A stretch of 32,026 nucleotides of DNA from the NCBI GenBank assembly GCA_040357565.1, contig JBDODJ010000127.1; one strand, 5' to 3'. Both the position numbers and the translations under genes were made by a program. Shown piece after piece: positions 11,936 to 24,233 of the stretch (position 1 is the stretch's first letter; each line of letters opens with the position of its first letter). The notes below the pieces were generated by a model, which saw nothing but the letters and a program-made list of their open reading frames with translations, did no database searches and was not told the DNA's origin. The DNA comes from Cercozoa sp. M6MM (Eukaryota; Protista; Endomyxa: Ascetosporea).

Positions 11936-13873
11936 ATGTCTAATTTTGGTTTTGTGCTGGCGAAGCGGCCAGCAGGTCATATCGATGACGAAACGTTCAC
12001 CTGGTGCAGCTTTTTTCGTTTGTGGATCGTGTCTGCCGTGGATGCCCAGGACCGTTGCAGGAAAAATGTGCCGTTGCCGGATCGCACGCTGCGAGATGGA
12101 GAAGTTCTGGCGACCACGCTGATGCTTTCTATCGACCCGGCCATGCGCGGCTGGATGCGTCCCTATAAGAGTTACGTCCCGCCTGTGCCTCTCGGCAGTG
12201 TGATGCGTGCCAACACCGTGGCTCAAGTCGTTGCTTCGGTGAATTGGATCTCTGTTTAAACTGCTGCATTGCTGGCTTTAAATCGCAGTCATACTTAGAA
12301 AGGGAGCAAGTTGAAGCCTGGTGATATCGTTTTGACCTTTCCTGCTGGCGGGTACCCGTTTACTTCTTTCCTTTTGGGGAAAAGGGATGCTTGCCAACGC
12401 AGCTGGCAGCAACACTTTGTCGTGAAAGAACGAGAGTGTCGAAAACTGCCGTTGCCGGCCAACGCTTCCAAGGAGCAGGTTGCGCCGTTTTTGGGTACTT
12501 GTGCAGTCGATTCAAATGAGCACTCCATCGCTGTAAGCTTAACATTGCTGAAGGTGCTTTTGGACTGACCGGTGCAACGGCATTCTTTGGCCTCGTTGAA
12601 GTGGTACCAGTCACGTTCATGTTTCTCGGCTGTGCTATGTAAACTCTTAACTTTAGGCTCAAGTGAAAGAAGGTGACACGGTGCTGGTGAATGCTGCAGC
12701 CGGCGCGGTTGGCAGCGTTGTGATCCAACTCGCCAAGGTTTGACCTTTGCCTCGTTTGGTCTTTTAAAACACTCGATCTGTTCTGTTGCAGCAACGAGGA
12801 GCGAAAGTTGTCGCTGTGGCTGGTAAATTCTTGTTTCAACGTGAACTAAAGTTTGAAGCTTTCGAAAGAGCAAACTCGTAGGAGGCAGCAAGACTGAATT
12901 CTGCCGTCAGGTCGGTGCCGACGCCTGTGTCGACTACAAGAGTGGTATCATGCTGTTTTAATTCAGTACTTTGACACCCTGCATCAGTTGGTTTAGTTTT
13001 GAGTGACTTGCCTCGTGGCTGTGCCGACGGCGACGCTGGTGACGAGAACTACGACGCTGCTGTGCGTCAGTTGACATCTGCATTGCGAAGTGCACTCAAG
13101 TCGATCAGCAGCAAGGTATTTTCCCTCTCTTGGCTCAACTTCTCCTGTAGGTTTATATTTTCATTGACGCTATTAGGGATTCACGGTTGTTTTCGACAAT
13201 GTGGGCGGTGCGCAACTCGAAGCCGCACTCAACACAATCACACGCGGTGCGCGCATCGCTGTGTGCGGTGCCATCTCGCAGTACAACCGCGACCCGGAGA
13301 AACAGCCTGGTACTACGGGGAACTATCTTTGGTTTCACGCACAGTTGGAAGTACACTGCACACAGTTCGTGGTCCGCGAAACTACCTGTCGCTGCTTGTG
13401 CACGGTGCTCGGATGCAGGGCTTTGCTGGTGTGATTTATTTGCTCACTTCTCAGTTGTTCTGTTCTTTGAAAGATGCGTTTTATCGTCTGCTTGCAGCTC
13501 CTCAGTTTAGTGGCCAATCTTGGGCCAAGGCATTCGTTGCTTTGCAGGTGCAAGATGCTTCGGAGCAGCCATCAAACTTACTTATTTCAATGTCTGACAG
13601 TCGCTGGCCAGTGAAGGCAAACTGAAGTGGAAGACGCACTTTTTCCCGGGTGGTCTGCAGGTACATTCGCTCGTTTTCATTCTTCCAAACATGTACCTTT
13701 TTAAACCTTCAAAGGCTGCTCCGGACGCTTTGCGTGCACTGTTTGCGGGCAAAAACAAGGGCAAACTCGTCTTGGAGGTTTCGGAAGCGGTCGCACAACC
13801 CGGTCAAGACACAGGCAAGAACATCTCCGAAATTGTGGCGACGCTTGAGCAGACTCGTCAAGCGGCCTTGTAG
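11936..13873 (+). CDS. NADP-dependent oxidoreductase, MDR family (prostaglandin reductase/alkenal reductase/YncB-like), ~13 introns
   Basis: Spliced product contains FVLAKRPAG, LSIDPAMRGWM, GLTGATAFFGL, VNAAAGAVGSVVIQLAK, FDNVGGAQLEAAL, GARIAVCGAISQYN and LFAGKNKGKLVL. ATG at 11936, TAG at 13871-13873. Confidence 0.93.
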
Positions 13874-14233
13874 AATGCACATCGCGTGCGCGCCTCTACC
13901 TGGACTAAGTACGGTACGAGCAGCACGCTGTTCCGGCTTGGGCTCCGCGCGCGAGGCAAAGATCTACGCTACGCTAAATTTACTTATCGTGCTCTCAAGA
14001 GAAGTAAAGTTACGTTCCCGACCGGCCAACGTTTCGGTCGCGCATGCCCACGTTGCAGTGCAGCCTTGCTTGCGTTGCCGTTCAGTTCGGCTGTAGCGTA
14101 GAAAACAGAGACTGGCCGGTCAAACTGACATCCGCGCGGACCCTCAGTGATCCGCCCAAAAGCAGCAATCCAAGCCCCATGGCCGCTCCGGTTGTGTCAA
14201 GCCTCGCAAATCCTGGAAAAGTGTGCTAGCGGC

Positions 14234-16131
14234 ATGGGGCACTTGTGCTCTGGAATGTGCAACTCGGCGGAAAAACGATTTCGCTCGATTGTTATTCAGT
14301 CAAAGCTAAACCGCATCCATAGCGAAGAAAAGGAAACAAGAAAGGTCCTCATCCTAGGTTCTGGCGCAACTGGAAAATCCACCATCTTGAAACAAATGAC
14401 GCACTTGGTATCGATGCTTACCTAAACTCTCTGCTCCGATTCGCTGTCAAAAAGATAAACTTCTCTTTCATCTCGCAAAAAGTACGGAGACGGGTTCTCC
14501 AAACAAGAGCGTCAACATTATACGGTAAATTTGCTCCGTCCTCGACGTCTTTTCTCGCGAAACTCAAGTTACAATTGACCTATGCTGGGCAGGCGCCCAT
14601 CTTTCAGAATATCTTCGACGCCACGAAATCAATCCTGGCCCAGTCGCAAAAGCTGACAAAACAACATCCTGAGTGCGAAGTCGGGCACAAAGACGAAGCC
14701 AAGTACGTTCTAGAGGTGTTACCATCGGAGGCACCGAGAAAAGCCCCAATCCTACCAAAGGATGCCAAGAATCTCAAAGCAGTACTGGACTTTTGGATAA
14801 ACCTCATGATCTTCCTTTTGCAGTAGGTGATGCTCATAGGTCCTCGAAGACAATGGCGGTAACTTTTCAGTGTGTTTTACAATGGTGCGGTTACGTCTGC
14901 CAATCATTTGCAGTAAGGAACACACTGAAGTTGCGGCGTTCTATTTCAAGTCCGTTCGCGACTCTATATGATTCGCTCACGTACTTTGCCGAACACTTCG
15001 ATCGTGTCGCATCCCGCAACTACGTGCCAAATTTTGAGGATCTGCTATTCATGCGAATGCGCACCACTGGCGTCAAAGAGTTCTCCTATGTTTTGGATGG
15101 GATTCGAATCGTATGTATCGACGTTGGTGGGCAAAAGTCTGGTAAACCTGCTGCCGCAGTAAACTTAAACAACCGCAGAAATTGAACCATGAATCTTATG
15201 AGTTTAAATGTAATGCCAGAACGACGAAAGTGGCTGTCCGTGTTTGAAGATGTACACGCGATACTTTGGGTCACGTCGCTCACGTCATACGCCGAAGTAA
15301 TGTAAAATAATGTGTACCGAACTGCGAGTTCCTCTCATGACCGCAAAATGCGATCTTACTTGGCGCTTTCTTCAGGTTTGAGGATGAGTACCAAAACCGT
15401 CTGTTGGATGATGCAAGTTCTTACTAGCTTGTTCCTTTTTTGCTGTCTTATTCGGGAAAGTGCTATGTTTGTGGTTCGACTTTCAGCTCGAACTGTTTGA
15501 GTCAACATGTAAGTTGATATGAAACAAAGGGTCTAAATTTACACTTCCACTCTTTTCACATGGAAGAAAGCAAGCTTTGTGTAGTCGGTTCCCCGTACTT
15601 TGCAAAGCGCGCATGCATCCTGTTTCTAAACAAACGCGACCTTTTTGACGACTGCGTGAAACAAGTGGCAATTTCAAAGATCATCCCGGATTTTTATGGA
15701 GACGAGCGCAACCCGAGAGACGTCCTTGAGTTTCTGGTACATGTACAAACAGCGGATGTTGATTTCCTTTGATTTAGTGCTTAACTTGCAAAAGCAGGTT
15801 GAGGAGTATCGATCGCGATTCATTGATACTTCGGAGTACGAAAGGACAATGTAACTTCCTTATGCACCGAAAACTCACACTGTCACGTCTGCATCTAAGT
15901 GTGTGTGCACAATTCGAGTTCCCCATATCCAGCCACTGATTTCCTTGGGCAGGTACGTACACGTAGTGACTGCTGTTGATTCCGAAAACATGCAACGAGT
16001 GCTTGGTTCTGGTATGTGGATAATCTTGCTCCGGCATGCGCACCTGTCCATATTGTGGTGACTTTGCTGTTGTGCCCATAGTGAACGACTTCATCATTCG
16101 GCGTCTTCTGAGACAAACAGGCCTGCAGTAA
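14234..16131 (+). CDS. Heterotrimeric G-protein alpha subunit (divergent), 11 inferred introns including one GC-AG
   Basis: MGHLCS N-terminus (myristoylation/palmitoylation-like), KVLILGSGATGKSTILKQM, RMRTTGV, DVGGQKSERRKW, ILFLNKRDLF, HVVTAVD. TAA at 16129-16131. Confidence 0.95.
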
Positions 16132-16652
16132 CTCTAAGCGAGCTTACTGCACAATACAGAGCAGGATCAACGAGGTGCTGTCCAAGTAGTCTTCAGCAGG
16201 TAGATTGAATATTGGATGGGGGTCCTTGCCGCAGCACGTGACAAAACACGGAGAGTTCAGACAACACCTGATCATCCATGTCAGTTCCGGATATTGAGCT
16301 TGTTTACGATCATCCACGCAAGCTTCAGTTAGATAAAGCGCGAGTGCGTACCCAGAAGTCTACAAAGGCCAAGAAAACCGAGCTCGATAGCGGTGGCTAC
16401 TAGTGCAAACGGAACATCCAATCTTTCGTGATTTATAGCAGTGTTTGGTGTGCTCAGAGTGTAGGCAGGAAATGTGAATATCATATTGCAGTATTAGGAT
16501 GCGTTTTAAGACACCACAGCTGGCAAAAAACGGCAAAGAAATCGGGCACGCGCTTTGGGGAGTTTCCGCAAAGGAGGCACGCGTTTCGGCGCAACGAGGC
16601 TCTCTCATCACACTTTGTTTTGATTGTTTCATTACATCACACACGCATCACA

Positions 16653-18022
<1,370 letters not shown>

Positions 18023-18255
18023 GTCGAGTCACTGCTCGCTGCTCGCTGAGCACAGGAGTCTCTTGGAGCCCAGTCGACCGCACTTAGGCGCTCATTGACT
18101 TCGCCACTCAACTCAATTGATTTGTATAGTGTACAGTTCGAATAGTTTGACTGTTCTAAATTTACCCACAAGATTTACTTCGGCTTGTAAGAGCTAATTG
18201 CTACTAGTCAAAATATGTCCCCTCCTGCAAACACTGCCTAGTTCTCCCTGCAAAA

Positions 18256-18898
18256 ATGCGAATCCTCGCAAGAACTCGACGAGTTGGAAAGCAGGACAAG
18301 CGACGGACGCAGCGGCTCCAGCGAGAAACCGCAAAGTTTGCCAAGCAGTTCAAAGTATCTGCTTTCAGCTTCAAAATTGGCGACTCGAGCGATGTCCTCG
18401 ATGCAGCCCCGAAACGTGTGCCGCAAGAGCATTGTATTGACGAGAAAGTGCAGGCAGGACAGCAAAAGCGAAGGCTAGAAACACCAACACTAAACAGTTG
18501 GCCGAAGCCTAAAAAGAGAAAGCTGCGAAAAAGCTTGAGTGTCATTCTCCTACTTCGCTGCAATTGACACACTCGTGTCGGCAAAGCCATCGGGTAAATT
18601 TAGCGTCACAATCTAGTTCGCTGAAGCTGACTCACCCCGCTCACAGGCAACTACAAGTCGGCAAAGCCACATCAAAGTGTCATCAAGCCGCAAGCAAGAG
18701 AAGTTCCGCTTCTACCAGCAGCTCGAACAGGCTCACATCGCGCGATTGCACTCAGCGCTTTTGCTCGCCCAAGTATACTGATTCTTGACGGGTTTTGACC
18801 TACTGCAGGCACATGTGACTGACGGAAACTGGCTCTTGGTGCCAGAGGCGACACAGACACAGAAAAGGTGGTCAGTGGCAGTGGTGCAGGGTGCATAG
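18256..18898 (+). CDS. Hypothetical basic protein (exon structure uncertain)
   Basis: ATG-led Lys/Arg-rich frame at 18256, plus a spliceable 3' part (...RKQEKFRFYQQLEQAHIARLHSALLLAQ|AHVTDGNWLLVP...VQGA-TAG). The junction between the two could not be resolved. Confidence 0.4.
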
Positions 18899-19395
18899 GG
18901 CTGGCTACAGACCAAAAAGCTGGCTACAGTACTCGGCAGGCAGGCGAAATGGGCTTCTAGTGTCGTTTATTAGAGATATAGACATGTGTGATATACTGTA
19001 AATACTGCGTACTCGTTAGGCTTGCTCAATGAGAGCGGCCAGACGACTCGTACTGCCAGCGAGTGTCCGATTTGTGACACGCGAAAAGTGACATTTTGCT
19101 CGCTCGGTCTTTGGCGTGTTCGCGGTGCTTTACGAACTCTACGAGTACTTGTATTTCTACCACGTAGCTTGCGATAGCTAAAATAGCTATTTCAAAGCCG
19201 GAAGTGCCGTTTCTAGCCGCTTCAGGACAAGTGCTGCCGTGGACCGAAAATGGTATGGAACCACATGTGGATAGATCGAGGCTTTGGTTCGCCTCTGCAC
19301 CGATTGTAGCCATGTCCTAAGTCTGGTTTATTTGAAAAATGTACAAAAACTCTTTATCTCACACCCTGCCTTTTGGATCTTTAGAATGACCCACA

Positions 19396-20082
19396 GAGAG
19401 TGTGAACACGATCTGGAAGAACAAGCACCTAAGTGCCGAAATTTCCCGCTTTGGATATGGTGTGTTTTTTGGTTTCATATCCGCTGAGGTGTCCAGCGTG
19501 CAGCTTGTGGCCGCTAGTGGCTCATGGTTCTCATTAAAGCGTTGTGAGGTGTCTGTGGGCTGTTTTGCGAGAGTGTGTTTTGTCGTGACCTGTTCTATTG
19601 TTTTTGGTTTCCGAGCAGAGAGTTTTGAAGCGCTGCGCCAATGGCGCCAAGAAATTGATGCGCGGCATCATGCGCATCGTCACCAGCTGCATGAAGAACG
19701 TTGAGGCTGTCAGCCTCGAAGAAGAAGCAGAAGAGCAGCAGCAGCTGCAGCAGCAGTCGCAGCAACCCGAGCAGTCGGTATATTGGCGATTGCCTCACGT
19801 CGTTTCTCTTTCTCATAGATCTTAAACTGGTGACTTTGCACAGAACCCGGCGTTCATGGACCTGCCCAACCCTGCCAGACAGCTGCGCATCGTCATTGTG
19901 CCGGAATCTTTGGCGCAAGTCGACTTGACACCGCTCGCTGAGATGTAAATTTAATAGTTTTTGCTTTTGTTGTTGTCGATGTGTTGTGCGACATTGGCAG
20001 CATTGTTCGCGAGTACCTCCGACGGCACAATCGTCGCTTACTGTCCCAGCTGCTTTCGAAGGAGTCGCCAAAGTTCAACTGA
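19396..20082 (+). CDS. Hypothetical protein with Glu/Gln-rich segment (5' end unresolved, possibly near 19029)
   Basis: Three GT-AG introns join ...SLKRCE|RVLKRCANGAKKLMRGIMRIV...EEEAEEQQQLQQQSQQPEQS|NPAFMDLPNPARQLRIVIVP...LAE|IIVREYLRRHNRRLLSQLLSKESPKFN-TGA. Confidence 0.6.
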
Positions 20083-20974
20083 ACGGGCGTCTGTCGTATG
20101 ATCATCTTGAAATCGTTGCACCCCAGGGCCGGTCTTCCCTTTCGCGACTACAGACACGCGAATAATAACGCCGACTACGGTGCACTACTAGTTTGTTACT
20201 GAACCTACAGTACGGTACTACAGTACCAGACAGACTTAACTCACTACAGTACAGTTTTAGGTTCAGTCGAACGCTACAACGCTAGGGTATTTAACTGAAC
20301 TGAAGAAAGTGCTCGTCGCGTCGGCGCAGTTGAAAGGACACGTATTGTACACCAGAGGCGTGCGACGCAGTCACAGTCGCGTCCAGTCGCCGTTGGGCTG
20401 CGTTGTAGTGGTCTGGATGAGTGAAACGAGTTCGAAATGAACCTTTTCATCCGATTATTTACGACAAGACCGACCGTGACCAGACTAACACAACCAACCA
20501 ACTGTCCCGCCGTCGCGTCCAGTCAAGTCAGGTCACTTGACTCGTCCGGTAATCAATACGAACAGCCCGAGGCATACATCGATAGCGTAGTTCGATACCG
20601 GCGCGTCGCCGGTAAGCGCCACCTTAAGCAACGTACTCGTACTCATCCCTGTCGACAGAAGAGCAAAAAACAGTGACCTAAATCCACGCCAACAGAGAGC
20701 GGAAAACGGGTATGATGAGATCGCCGATTCGCATCTTTCGATGTCTGTTTGACAGGATTTAATAGACACGGTAACAATCGAACATGAGCGGAGAGAAGGC
20801 AAGTGCCCTGGGTTGGGCCTCAACATGCGCTGCTGACTTTAACCGCAGTCAGATAAACACAATACACCACCACACTCTAAGGGCCCAGAGTGAGGGACTT
20901 TCTCCTGCGCAGAGCACCAGGACTTGACTGACCGGATAGAGAATACCGTTTCGTAACAAATTAGCTAATCATGA

Positions 20975-22830
20975 TCACGGATCATTCGACTCGGTCGACT
21001 CTGCTCTATCGCCGACATTCTTGAGCATGTAGGCCTCCGAGATGGCGTGTGTCCTGTCCCACCCCGCAAATTATTGCATACAGTACAGTACACATCGGGA
21101 CGTAGAATGGCAAAGTACTCGCGTATCTCGACGTCTGCTTTCTCACATTCGGCCCGATCCAAGACCTAGAGGGGGGAGAAGGTGAGGAGTAGGGTAGGCT
21201 TAAAGTCTACCGTACCAGCACGTGGCCCTGCGACGTGCGAAACTCAACGAAACGTGCTTCCTCGGCGTCGGCTTTTTCAAGCAGCTCGTGCAGGTGCCGC
21301 AGGTTGCGCACATCGACACCGTTGCACCTAAGGAGTAAGTAGAGGGTCGGGGTAGGGATGAGGGTTAGGGACAAAGAGGGGGTACGACTGCAGGATACAG
21401 CGGCGGAAGCTCTGGTAGCCAAAGTTGCAGTCGTGCGAGAGCACCTTGCTGAGCATCACGACTTCCTCGTCACTGTGCTCTTTGAAGTCCATCATGCGCA
21501 CTGACACGTCCGCTGGGACCACCTGGAAGAGGGGGGGGGGGGGGGGGTAATGGAGGGTAGGACGGGCCCAGGTAAAGACGGTCCTACCACCTTGGAGAAC
21601 ACGGCCGTGACCCAAGGAACCGTGAGTGGCACAAATACGAGTCCACCGCGAATCAAGTATCGCGGCAGAGTATCCACATTGTGCAGAATCGGCACCAGGC
21701 GGTCGCTGCAATACAGGAACTATTTAGCCCCTTCTTACCCGCCTTCCCGTTGGACAAACGTACAGTTCCGAAAGTTTCACTTCAATTTCGACGCATTTCT
21801 CTTCTCTATAAAGCAACGGAAGTAAGAACAAGGGGCAGGGGGAGGTAAAACGAGGGTACTGAGGCTTCCAGAAGCACATCGACACTTTTGATTCGAGCGG
21901 CAGACGCGATATCAAGTGCGTGAACGCTCTGGGGCGGGGGTAAAGCGGAGGGTAAAAGCAGAGGGGGGGACAACACTAGTACAATCGCTCAGTCGAACGC
22001 GAAGGCGCCAAAGGTACTGTACCGTCAGACTGCGGGGGGGGGGGGGGTAAAGGGGTGGGAGAGGGGGGTAAAATGGTGGTATACCGCGACAGGAACGCCA
22101 TCGATAGCGAGCAGAACATCGTATTGCGATATCCGATCGTGCAGGTAACCCAACGGTGCCACCTTGGTCTGCGGGGGGCCCGGCGCTAAAGGAGATAGAG
22201 TGGGGATAAATCTTTACCAACAGCACGCCAATGTCGCCGTTGAGGACATAACGACATTTGATGTCCTCTCTGCAACATTTCAGAAGGGTAGTAAGGGGGG
22301 GGGGGGGTAAATAAACTACCCAGGCGAAAGCTTGTCAAGTTTCAAATTTGCGCGAAGCGACGGCGACTCTAATTTCTGGTGTGTGTGTGGGGGGTAAAAG
22401 AGGGGGTAAAGGGGGACAAAGGAGGGACAAAGGAGGGACAAAGGAGGGGGTATAGCACCTGCGACGCCGCCGGAAACACCGGAACGCCAATCAAAGCGCC
22501 GTGCCGCTCGAACGTGTCCAAGAACAACTTTACCACCGGTCTGGGGATAAGGGGTAAAGGAGGCAAGGGAAGTAAAGGGGCGGGGGAGGGGGGTAAAAGA
22601 GGTAAAGTGTACACCGAGATGATGTAGCCAATGTTCTGCGAGCGCATGCGCAGAGCACGCGCCACACCGAGCACACTCCCGTCGGCACCAAACACCGGAC
22701 CTGCCAGAGCACACATCAACACACGTGTGCCACCCGGCAGCAAATCTACCGCCAGAGTTGCCCGGATTGATCGCCGCATCGATCTGAACCGTCAGCAGCG
22801 GAGCACCTCTGTCCAAACACACCTGAGTAA

Positions 22831-22870
<40 letters not shown>

Positions 22871-24049
22871 CAACTGACTGGAGAAAGAGTGCGATATACC
22901 GTCTCACGTAATACTGCAGCAGAATGCGCGAAACTACGCCACGCGTCACACTCAAACCATCTGCACCGAGTGGGTAGCCCGCACACAGCACTGGCGTGTC
23001 CAGCTCACTACACGCAAAAAACAAAAAACGGAACTTTTCATATTTTTGCGAACCAAGTCAAGACACAAAAAACAGGGTACGGCAGGCAACTCGCAAGTGC
23101 GTCAAGAGCCCAGTCATCGCCCACATGCTTCATAAACTCCAAAACGGGCAAGCCTCGAACTAAAAAACCGTAGTTGCAAGGTCACGTCACGGATATGTCA
23201 GTCCGACAGCCAAGTCAACAAGACACAAAATGCGAAAATCAACTCACAGAAACGCTTGTCGTCGACTGCGATCAAAGCGAGATCGAGTTCCGGTGATTCG
23301 CAGACCAAACGGCCACGAAACTTGGTAGCACAGCTTGTTCTGTTCAGAGCACAAGCAAGGATAAAATGTTCAACTGCATTTTTCGGGGCCACAGCAACCG
23401 AAAGCAACCGGACCTGCGAGTTCGAATCACAACAGCGTCGGCGACAACTAAAGGCACAAACCAGATGTTTCATGAGTCTAACTGCTCTCCCAAGTGGCAA
23501 GTAAACAGGCTGCAAACCGTGCCAGTTTGTGAGAATCATTGGCTCGTCCTTCACTTTGATGACAAAGCCTGACGAGTGGTGAAACAATACACAGAAAAAG
23601 AACAGGCAATTCGGAGTGGACAGCGGACGCACCAGTTCCGTAGCCAGTGCGCTGATTCGAGCGACGCCAAGGCGAGTCGTATTTCGCTGCTCACATCAGT
23701 CAACAGAATAAGAGCGTAGTGTATCGTTAGAACAAAACCACAATACCTTGCACACTCGTAATGAACAGTTTGACGATGGCATTCTGCCCAGTAGAGTAAA
23801 TTTAATGTCAGTTAGTATGCGTGACTTCAGTTGAGCCTGCACACTGCTAGTTTTTACCAGAGGAAACTTGTCTTGAATGCCCTTGCGAATTAGTACACGT
23901 CGCGCCGCATTCACGGGCGGCACTGGCGCCGGTTGTTCCTCCTGTCAAACAGAGTCAACGAGTCAAGTCCCAGTCAGCAAAAGTACCAAAACACAACAAA
24001 CCTCCGGACCGAGTGCCAATTCGCCATCCTCCATAGGAACTGCTTCCAT
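20975..24049 (-). CDS. Deg/HtrA serine protease (plant Deg2/Deg10-like: trypsin domain plus two PDZ-type regions), many introns
   Basis: Spliced: NAIVKLFIT..KYDSPWRRSNQRTGYGTGF, ILTNWHVV (catalytic His), ELDLALIAV (Asp), GYPLGADGLSVTRGVVSR, VQIDAAINPGNSGGP (Ser), NIGYII, PRYLIRGGLVFVPLTVP. Start ATG at 24049; last exon and stop (20975, alternatively 20965) uncertain. Confidence 0.92.
22833..22867. repeat. (AC)n microsatellite, intronic
   Basis: Perfect AC run inside a Deg protease intron. Confidence 0.95.
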
Positions 24050-24233
24050 ACTTCACGTGCACACACTGGACCACTGCAGTACGCTGTAACTTGCAGGTCG
24101 GCCGATCAATAGTTTCTTACTCCAAAAAGTACTGTACTTTTTGATCGCGACGAGGTGCTTTTGTTGGAAGAAATACAGTTTACATTACACAGAAACATCG
24201 ATAACTCAGTCCGTCGGTTTGCAAGCCCCAAAT

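Noticed and set aside
13862-13873. Peroxisomal PTS1 on the oxidoreductase
   Set aside because: The C-terminus is -AAL, lacking the basic residue of the S/A-K/R-L consensus.
19029-19150. Possible TGA readthrough or reassignment (MRAARR...REK*HFARSVFGVFAVLYELYE)
   Set aside because: TGA is the terminator of the giant gene, the RhoGEF and the fascin-like gene, and Trp is TGG in conserved positions; an intron starting GTACTG can explain this region.
20692-20698. ACAGAGA as U6 snRNA
   Set aside because: The flanking U6 sequence (AGAUUAGCAUGGCCCCUGC) is absent.
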